Positions 37,921 to 44,661 of a stretch of DNA of 44,661 nucleotides are shown piece by piece. The DNA comes from Candidatus Peribacteria bacterium (GTDB taxonomy: Bacteria; Patescibacteriota; Gracilibacteria; Peribacterales; Peribacteraceae). The stretch spans positions 1-44,661 of the forward strand of contig CAINWJ010000159.1 of the NCBI GenBank assembly GCA_903854455.1, given 5' to 3'. Position 1 is the stretch's first letter. Every line of letters begins with the position of its first letter. The notes under the pieces were generated by a model, which was not told the DNA's origin, ran no database searches, and saw only the letters and a list, made by a program, of their open reading frames with translations. The translations under genes and the position numbers were made by a program.

Positions 37921-38115
37921 TTATACATCATCGTCATCCGGAATCCCGAGTTCGTTATCGTCCTCCTCATCGTCAGTAACAAATTCATCATCGTCATCAC
38001 CCAAGACAAAGCCGTCATCATCACCCGCTCCAGACCCTGACCCCGATCCGGTTCCGTCATCATCGTCATCGCCCAGAAGAAATAGCCAGCTGAAGGGGAA
38101 AACAAGAGGAAACAT
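37921..38115 (-). CDS. Small hyper-acidic protein with a hydrophobic N-terminus
   Basis: 64 aa: MFPLVFPFSWLFLLG followed by an Asp/Glu/Gly-rich tail; TATACT -10-like box upstream on the minus strand. Confidence 0.5.
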   Translation of the reverse strand: MFPLVFPFSWLFLLGDDDDDGTGSGSGSGAGDDDGFVLGDDDDEFVTDDEEDDNELGIPDDDDV

Positions 38116-38179
38116 AGGTGAGAGGAAAATGCGCCGCGAAGTATAATGAGAGTTAAAGATGATGCAAGGCGATTTTTAT

Positions 38180-38307
38180 GAGGAAATAGAGGAAAGAGAC
38201 GAAATAGAAGAATGAGAGAATTACCAAAAAAACGAACTGAAGATCCATTCTGATCTCCTCCTCTATTTCTTCGATTTCCAAATTTTCTTGTATCCTCTAT
38301 TTCCTCT
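38180..38307. repeat. Inverted tandem-repeat element, 9-mer (GAGGAAATA/TATTTCCTC)
   Basis: gaggaaata gaggaaaga gacgaaata gaagaatga (38180-38215) vs ctctatttcttcgatttcc...ctctatttcctct (38261-38307). Confidence 0.7.
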
Positions 38308-38337
38308 CCACCCCTCCTCCTCTACCATACGTCCGCT

Positions 38338-39027
38338 ATGCGTACCTCCCACCTCATCATCACCGCGATCAGCTGCACTGCACTCCTGACAGGATGCGGT
38401 GCCAAAAAAGAAACTCCAACCGCTCCACTGGAATCCAGACAATCACTGGAAGTGAAAGCCAATGCCGGCGATGCTGCTGCTCAGTTCGAGCTGGGTGCCG
38501 CCTACCACGATGGTTCCGGCGGTCCCAAAGACCTCACACTCGCCAAGAGCTGGTTCGAGAAGTCTGCAAAGCAGGGAGATGTCCGGGCGGAGTTTAATCT
38601 GGGTGTGATGTACTACATGGGAGAAGGGTTGAAACAGAATTACGCCGTAGCTCGTAATTGGTTCGAGAAAGCGGCTGCCAAACAGAATCCACGAGCGCAG
38701 TTCAACCTGGGCGTGATGTACTACCGCGGCGAAGGCGTGAAGCAGGATTACAAGAAAGCCATAGACTATTTCTCGCAGGCAGGAACACAGGGTTTCCAGG
38801 AAGCGGCATTCAACCTGGGCGTGATGTATGCCAAGGGTGAAGGTGGAGAAGTGGATGTTGGCAAGGCATACGCGTGGTTCTCCCTCGCACGGGATCTGGG
38901 AAGCGAACGAGCACCGGAGGTACTGAAGAACATCGAACGTGCTCTGAAGCCGGAGCAGGTTACGCTTGCCAAGAGCATGGCAACCGCACTGAAGGAAGAG
39001 GTTCAGAAGCAGACGAAGAAGCAGTAA
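38338..39027 (+). CDS. Sel1-like repeat lipoprotein
   Basis: Lipobox LLTG-C; four AQFNLGVMY..GEGV.QD..A..WF-type repeats. Confidence 0.92.
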   Translation: MRTSHLIITAISCTALLTGCGAKKETPTAPLESRQSLEVKANAGDAAAQFELGAAYHDGSGGPKDLTLAKSWFEKSAKQGDVRAEFNLGVMYYMGEGLKQNYAVARNWFEKAAAKQNPRAQFNLGVMYYRGEGVKQDYKKAIDYFSQAGTQGFQEAAFNLGVMYAKGEGGEVDVGKAYAWFSLARDLGSERAPEVLKNIERALKPEQVTLAKSMATALKEEVQKQTKKQ

Positions 39028-39049
39028 CTCGTGCATTTTCAGCCAACGA

Positions 39050-41743
39050 ATGCCCTTCCTCTTTCGCTCTGTCCACATAGGCAAAGGAAGTGTCAAAACA
39101 CTTGCAGATGAAGTGCAGAAGCTGCTGACGACATGTACACACCTCGAAACGGATCAGGTGCTGGCGTGGCTTGGTACGCCGTATGGAGGCCTGACGGAGA
39201 ATGAAGCGGCACACAGACTGCAGGAAGAGGGGTCCAATGATGTGACGCACGAGAAGGCATCACCGTGGTACATCCTCCTCCTTAAGAACATCGGCAACCC
39301 GTTCGTCGTGGTGCTGCTGGCACTGGGGATTGTCTCGTATCTCACAGGCGATCATCGTTCCGTCATTGTCGTGGGAACCATGGTGATCGCGAGCGTCCTC
39401 CTGCGATTCATCCAGGAGTACCGCTCCACGCGTGCAGCTGAATCTTTGCAAGCCTTGGTACGAACGACTGCAACAGTCATGCGTCAGCACGAGGACCATG
39501 AAGACGATGAGAACATCAAGCTGGTGAGTGAATGGCGCGAGATACCGTTACGGCAGCTCGTCCGTGGTGACGTCATCCGGCTGGCAGCGGGAGACATGAT
39601 CCCGGCGGACGTCCGCCTGCTCCAATCCAAAGACCTCTTCGTCAGCCAATCCGTCCTCACCGGTGAATCCATGCCGGTCGAGAAAGCGGACATTCATCAT
39701 CTGCACACCGGACAGAAACAATCTCCACAATCGAAGAACGACAGCCCGCTGGAGCAGGAAAATCTCTGCTTCCTCGGTACCAACATCATCAGCGGATCAG
39801 CTACTGCCGCCGTAGTGACAACCGGTGAACGAACCATGCTCGGGTCACTCGCGAAAGCCGTTGCCGGTCATCGGACCGAGACGAGCTTCGACAAGGGACT
39901 CAAGAGCGTCTCGTGGCTCTTGGTCCGCTTCATGCTCGTGATGACTCCGCTCATCTTCGTCTTAAGCGGGGTCACCAAGGGAGACTGGAAGCAGGCATTC
40001 CTCTTCGCAGTCGCAGTCGCGGTGGGACTGACACCGGAAATGCTACCGATGGTCGTCACCGCGAACCTGGCAAAAGGTGCTTTGTCGATGGCACGGAAGA
40101 AGGTAATCGTAAAGAACCTCAATGCCATCCAGAACCTGGGAGCCATGGACGTCCTCTGCACAGACAAGACCGGCACACTCACGCAGGACAAGATCGTGCT
40201 GATCGAGTACATGGACATCCACGGGAAGCATAGTCCGCAAGTCCTGGAGTACGCCTACGTCAACAGTCACTTCCAGACGGGGCTCAAGGATCTCCTCGAT
40301 CGCGCAGTCGTCGAACATGCCGAACTCACGGAGAAGCTTAAGCTTCCGACTACCAAGAAAATCGACGAGATCCCGTTCGACTTCTCCCGCCGCCGCATGT
40401 CGGTCGTGGTGGAGAAATCCCCGGAGCAGCACGTCTTGATCTGCAAAGGAGCCATAGAAGAACTGCTCAAGATCTGCACACAGGTGGAGGATGAAGGTTC
40501 GCTGCAGCCACTGACCGATGAGCGGAGAGCATCGATCCTGAAGCTGACGGATGATCTGAACGGGCGTGGTCTGCGGGTCGTTGCAGTCGCGTACAAGACG
40601 ATGACACCGACCGGCAAACCCTGCACCGTCTCCGATGAACAGAACCTGACTCTCGCCGGCTTCATCGATTTCTTAGATCCGCCGAAGGAAAGTGCCGGAC
40701 CTGCGATCGTCCTCCTTAGGAAAGCCGGCATCACCGTAAAAGTGATCACGGGAGACAATGACGTCGTCACGAGGCGCGTCTGCAAAGATGTCGGACTGGA
40801 TGTAGAGAATCTTCTCCTCGGTCAGGACGTCGAAACGATGTCGGATGCCGAACTCCTGGTCGCAGTAGAACAAACAACGGTGTTCGCCAAAGTGACCCCG
40901 GCGCAGAAAGCCCGAATCGTGCGTGCAATCAAAGACAATAATCATACAGTCGGCTATCTGGGCGACGGTATCAATGACGCGTCAGCGCTGAGAGATGCAG
41001 ACGTCGGCGTCTCGGTCGATTCCGCGACGGACATCGCCAAGGAGTCAGCGGACATCATCTTGCTCGAGAAGAGTCTGCTCGTACTCAATGATGGAGTCAT
41101 CCGCGGACGCGAGGTCTACGGCAACATCATCAAGTACATCAAGATGGCGACGAGTTCGAACTTCGGGAACATGTTCTCCATGCTGGCAGCGAGTGCCTTC
41201 CTGCCGTTCCTGCCCATGCTCCCGATCCAGCTCCTGATCCAGAACCTGCTCTACGATTTCTCGCAGCTCTCACTGCCGTGGGACAAGATGAACCCGGAGT
41301 TCCTGGCTCAGCCCAGGAAGTGGGAGCCCAAGGGCATCGCGCGGTTCATGCTCTGCATAGGACCCCTGAGCTCCATCTTCGACATCACGACGTTCGTGAT
41401 CCTCTGGTACGTATTCAAAGCAAATGTCCCCGCAATGCAATCTCTCTTCCAGTCAGGCTGGTTCGTGGAAGGTCTCCTCTCCCAGACACTGATCGTCCAC
41501 ATGATCCGCACACGGGAAATCCCGTTCATCCAGAGCCGGGCAGCAACACCGGTGTTACTGACAACGGGTGCCGTCATGCTCGCAGGACTCCTGATCCCCT
41601 TCTCCAGCTTCGGTGCAGCGGTAGGGATGGTCCCGCTGCCACTCTCCTACTTCCCGTGGCTCCTCGGAATCCTGATCGGTTACTGCGCGGTAACGCAGAC
41701 GGTGAAGACGCTGTACATCCGGACGTTCGGGGGGTGGTTGTGA
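39050..41743 (+). CDS. mgtA: Magnesium-transporting P-type ATPase
   Basis: LTGES, GLTPEMLP, DKTGTLT, FQTGLK.LLD, TGDN, GDGIND, SSNFGN and FQSGWFVEGLLSQTLIVHMIRT motifs. Confidence 0.95.
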   Translation: MPFLFRSVHIGKGSVKTLADEVQKLLTTCTHLETDQVLAWLGTPYGGLTENEAAHRLQEEGSNDVTHEKASPWYILLLKNIGNPFVVVLLALGIVSYLTGDHRSVIVVGTMVIASVLLRFIQEYRSTRAAESLQALVRTTATVMRQHEDHEDDENIKLVSEWREIPLRQLVRGDVIRLAAGDMIPADVRLLQSKDLFVSQSVLTGESMPVEKADIHHLHTGQKQSPQSKNDSPLEQENLCFLGTNIISGSATAAVVTTGERTMLGSLAKAVAGHRTETSFDKGLKSVSWLLVRFMLVMTPLIFVLSGVTKGDWKQAFLFAVAVAVGLTPEMLPMVVTANLAKGALSMARKKVIVKNLNAIQNLGAMDVLCTDKTGTLTQDKIVLIEYMDIHGKHSPQVLEYAYVNSHFQTGLKDLLDRAVVEHAELTEKLKLPTTKKIDEIPFDFSRRRMSVVVEKSPEQHVLICKGAIEELLKICTQVEDEGSLQPLTDERRASILKLTDDLNGRGLRVVAVAYKTMTPTGKPCTVSDEQNLTLAGFIDFLDPPKESAGPAIVLLRKAGITVKVITGDNDVVTRRVCKDVGLDVENLLLGQDVETMSDAELLVAVEQTTVFAKVTPAQKARIVRAIKDNNHTVGYLGDGINDASALRDADVGVSVDSATDIAKESADIILLEKSLLVLNDGVIRGREVYGNIIKYIKMATSSNFGNMFSMLAASAFLPFLPMLPIQLLIQNLLYDFSQLSLPWDKMNPEFLAQPRKWEPKGIARFMLCIGPLSSIFDITTFVILWYVFKANVPAMQSLFQSGWFVEGLLSQTLIVHMIRTREIPFIQSRAATPVLLTTGAVMLAGLLIPFSSFGAAVGMVPLPLSYFPWLLGILIGYCAVTQTVKTLYIRTFGGWL

Positions 41744-41747
41744 CGAA

Positions 41748-41789
41748 AAGGAATCCTAGGAAACCAAAGAAACCAAGGAGTCCAAGGAA
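41748..41789. repeat. Single 9-mer tandem arm (AGGAAACCA)
   Basis: aaggaatcct aggaaacca aagaaacca aggagtcca aggaa, just after the mgtA stop; no partner arm seen. Confidence 0.6.
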
Positions 41790-41795
41790 GGACGC

Positions 41796-41801
41796 TATAA
41801 T
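41796..41801 (+). promoter_or_regulatory. -10 box (TATAAT) 7 nt before the ATG; probable leaderless promoter
   Basis: gcTATAATcaattcaATG with no Shine-Dalgarno site. Confidence 0.6.
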
Positions 41802-41808
41802 CAATTCA

Positions 41809-42354
41809 ATGAAGAACGCAGTGATCATCCACGGCACCGGAACACGGAATGATGAGTTCTGGTTTCCGTGGTTTAAGAAGGAACTCGAAGCCAAGGGTTA
41901 TACCGTTTGGCTCCCGCAAATGCCGAATGCGGATCATCCGAATCTGGAGGAATGGCTGCCGTTCATCATGGACCAGGCGTCGTTTACCGAGGATACGATC
42001 TTGATCGGGCATTCCGCCGGAGCGCAGCTGATCCTGAGTATTCTGGAAAGAATCCCGACACCAATTAAACAGGCGATCCTCGTTGCCGGTTATGCCAGGG
42101 CACTACGAGCAAGCGCCGATGATGAAAGTGACGGACTCGTAGATTGGAATAATGCGCACGGGAAATGCCGAAAGATCATCTTTATCAACTCCGATAACGA
42201 TCCGTGGGGATGTGATGATGCACAGGGAAGGATCATGCAGGAAAATCTCGGTGGAGAATTGATTGTAACGAAGGGCGAAGGGCACATGGGATCGACGACC
42301 TACAACCAGCCCTACAAGGAATTCCCGCTGCTGGTGAAATTGTTGAATGCGTGA
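41809..42354 (+). CDS. RBBP9/YdeN-family alpha/beta hydrolase
   Basis: IIHG...WFPW, GHSAG nucleophile elbow, SDNDPW and GH motifs. Start reassigned to ATG 41809. Confidence 0.9.
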   Translation: MKNAVIIHGTGTRNDEFWFPWFKKELEAKGYTVWLPQMPNADHPNLEEWLPFIMDQASFTEDTILIGHSAGAQLILSILERIPTPIKQAILVAGYARALRASADDESDGLVDWNNAHGKCRKIIFINSDNDPWGCDDAQGRIMQENLGGELIVTKGEGHMGSTTYNQPYKEFPLLVKLLNA

Positions 42355-42370
42355 ATGGAATTGATTGCTT

Positions 42371-42430
42371 GCCTGCGGGGCGGCAGCCCCGCGCTCCTGA
42401 CCCTCACCCCGACCCTCACCCCGACCCTCA
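42371..42430. repeat. GC palindrome followed by a single 6-mer arm (ACCCTC/ACCCCG)
   Basis: gcctgcggggcggcagccccgc, then tcctgaccctcaccccgaccctcaccccgaccctca. Confidence 0.7.
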
Positions 42431-42450
42431 TCTTCTGATATTCTCCCCGC

Positions 42451-43479
42451 ATGCTCAACTACATCGGTCTCACCGGCTACATGGGAAGCGGCAAAGGCGA
42501 ACTCGTGAGGATGCTGCAGGAACATGGATATAACTACATTTCGCTCTCGGACATGGTTCGTGAAGAAGCGACGAAGCAGGGCTTGCCACACGAACGCGAG
42601 TACCTCCAGAAGATCGGCAATGCGCTCCGAAAATCCGGTGGAGCCGGCGTGCTGGGCAAGAAAGTACGTGAAAAGATTGAGAAAGATCCCGGCAAGAAGT
42701 GGGTGATCGATGGGATACGCAATCCGGGCGAGTGGAAGGAGCTGAAATTGCTTCCCGGTTTCCAGATGATCGGCGTGAGTGCGCATCCGGACATCTTGGT
42801 CGATCGCCTGATCTCCCGTCAGCGCGAGGGAGGGAAGCAAGAAAAGGAAGAGATCCTGGAGCGACTCAAGAAAGAACGCGGGATCGGCGAACCACCGGAC
42901 GGTCAGCAGGTGCAGAAGTGCCTGGATGAGGCAGATTACTTCATTTTGAATGAAGGATCGCTCGATGAACTCAAGAAGAAGCTCAATCACTTCCTCAGGC
43001 TGGATACAGGCGAGGATCGCCCGACATTCCACGAAGTCTTCATGGAGATCGCCTACACGTGGGCCAAGCGTGCTACCTGCCTCCGCCGCACCGTCGGCGC
43101 AGTGATCGCGAAAGACAGTCAGCAGCTCACGGCAGGCTACAACGGCGCACCCCGCGGCGTCCCGCACTGCGCGGAGCTGGGAGGATGCCTACGGGAAAAG
43201 CTTGGCATCCCGTCCGGCCAGCGCCACGAGATCTGCCGCGGCACGCATGCCGAACAGAATGCGATCACGCAAGCCGCCAAGCTGGGTATTTCCATCGCAG
43301 GTTCAACGCTCTACTGCAACACCTTCCCCTGCGTCATCTGTACCAAGATGATCCTCAACGCCGGCATCTCGACCGTCGTGTACGACGCCGACTACGACGA
43401 TCCTCTCTCCAAGGAAATCCTGGGACAGCAGAAGGATCTCAAGCTGATCCGGTATGAAGGGAGGAGGGTGAGGGGCTGA
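42451..43479 (+). CDS. P-loop nucleotide kinase-like domain fused to a dCMP deaminase (ComEB family)
   Basis: GLTGYMGSGKG and IDGIRN in the N-domain; RATC.RR.VGA, GYNG, HAEQNA and PCVICTK in the C-domain. Confidence 0.9.
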   Translation: MLNYIGLTGYMGSGKGELVRMLQEHGYNYISLSDMVREEATKQGLPHEREYLQKIGNALRKSGGAGVLGKKVREKIEKDPGKKWVIDGIRNPGEWKELKLLPGFQMIGVSAHPDILVDRLISRQREGGKQEKEEILERLKKERGIGEPPDGQQVQKCLDEADYFILNEGSLDELKKKLNHFLRLDTGEDRPTFHEVFMEIAYTWAKRATCLRRTVGAVIAKDSQQLTAGYNGAPRGVPHCAELGGCLREKLGIPSGQRHEICRGTHAEQNAITQAAKLGISIAGSTLYCNTFPCVICTKMILNAGISTVVYDADYDDPLSKEILGQQKDLKLIRYEGRRVRG

Positions 43480-43607
43480 TTGATGTAGATAGATGGTGGA
43501 CCAGATTAGATTGAATTCGAACACACTGCTGCCAAACATTGAACAGGTGGCGCGGATTGTTGATAAAAACGCGAAAGTACAAAAAATCGCTCAGATAGAA
43601 GTTATGA

Positions 43608-44661
43608 GGCAGGTAGGGAAAAAGTGTCAGGCTGAAAAGTAAGTATCTTCGCTAGGATTAGCACAATATCCTTTCCCAAATTCATGATGCCCAAAAAAAG
43701 TGCAAGCAATGCGGCTCGTTTCACATAAAGAAAAACGGTCGGCAAAGAGCAAGACAGCTCTACAAATGTCTCCACTGCGGTCATCAATTTCTGCGTGCCT
43801 ACAGGAGCAATCGTGTCCCTCGTTCAGTGCGAAAGTTGTACCGCATGTATGCGAAGCAGAAACAAACCTACAAGGAACTCCGCGACGATTACGGTTTTGA
43901 TCCAAAGACCGCTCGAAAATACTTCGATCAGTTCCCTCTGCACACCGGAGAAATGAGGGTTGCCAGTAAACCGGTGGCACTCACGATGGACGCTACATTT
44001 TTCTCGCGGACCGATGGCATTTTGGTCTGTCGTGCACTGGGAAAGAACTTCTACTGGCGCTACATCTCAACCGAGAAGATTGAGGAGTATGCACGTTGCC
44101 TGGATGCCCTCGAAGCTGCAGGCAATCGATTCTCATCGTTCACCATCGATGGGCGTCGCGGAGTGCGTCAGTATCTCGAAAAACGCCATGGAGGCATTCC
44201 AGTGCAATTCTGCCATTTCCATATGCGTCAGCTCGTCACAACCCGTCTCACGAAACGCCCCAAGCTTCCTGCGGGCAAGGAACTTGCTTGCATCGCAGCG
44301 ACCCTGTCGGAGACGACGCAGAGACGATTTGAGCATGCGCTGGTGGGTTGGGAGAAACGGTGGAAAGCTCTCCTGCGGGAACGAACTGAGAACCCATTCG
44401 GAAAACGTAAATGGCAGTACACACATCGGCGACTGCGCAGTGCGTTCTATTCACTCAAACGGAATCTCCACTGGCTCTTCACATATCAACGCTTTCCAGG
44501 TTTGAACATCCCACGCACAACAAACTCTTGTGACGGCTATTTCGGTCACCTGAAGAAGAAGATTGCCGCTCACCAAGGAATCAGTCGGAAGAGACGAAAT
44601 CAGATGCTGAATTACCTTCTGGAGCTACCCAATCTAGCCTGACACTTTTTCCCTACCTGCC
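43608..44661 (+). mobile_element. Insertion sequence, 1054 bp, with perfect 26-bp terminal inverted repeats
   Basis: GGCAGGTAGGGAAAAAGTGTCAGGCT (43608-43633) and its exact reverse complement (44636-44661); the window ends at the IR. Confidence 0.95.
43687..44642 (+). CDS. DDE transposase (IS256/MULE-like) with N-terminal Zn ribbon; needs a -1 frameshift near the start
   Basis: MDATFF, TIDG, QFCHFH and IPRTTNSCDGYF motifs. The frame extends upstream of GTG 43827 as KKCKQCGS...KNG...YKCLHC, and the nearby ATGs (43684/43687) are out of frame, ahead of an A7 run. Confidence 0.85.

Noticed and set aside
41278..41808. N-terminal 177 aa of the 358-aa ORF
   Set aside because: Alternative frame overlapping mgtA and the repeat; the real hydrolase starts at 41809, after TATAAT.
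42395..43479. Hexamer arm pairing with gagggtgagggg at the deaminase 3' end to enclose the gene
   Set aside because: The match is only about 10 nt and arm order is opposite to the other elements; likely chance.

Overview
Bacterial chromosomal segment. Gene content and style suggest a Patescibacteria/CPR organism, probably Peregrinibacteria/Peribacter-like (inference). Core genes: infB, nrnA-like DHH phosphoesterase, eno, lgt, thrS, dnaA, rseP, comF, proB-proC-proA, dut, ftsZ, ftsA, a 5'-3' exonuclease, mgtA and a kinase-dCMP deaminase fusion. Also present: tRNA-Pro(GGG), tRNA-Val(GAC), a Cys-rich protein, an 18-repeat NHL surface protein and a 1514-aa HExxH protein. A complete 1054-bp IS with perfect 26-bp inverted repeats ends the window. 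The most striking signal is non-coding: about 17 intergenic sites hold elements made of short tandem-repeat arms (6-, 7-, 8- or 9-nt units), mostly paired as inverted repeats and often starting at a stop codon. One of them (AGAATGT unit, between dnaA and thrS) encloses a four-helix-bundle (IVS/Avd-like) gene. A near-identical pair of arms occurs empty, in the opposite orientation, upstream of eno, which suggests a cargo/empty mobile hairpin system. Separate REP-like palindromes are inserted in frame in proB and proC and nested inside one another. Many genes have a -10 box only 6-10 nt before the ATG and no Shine-Dalgarno site.
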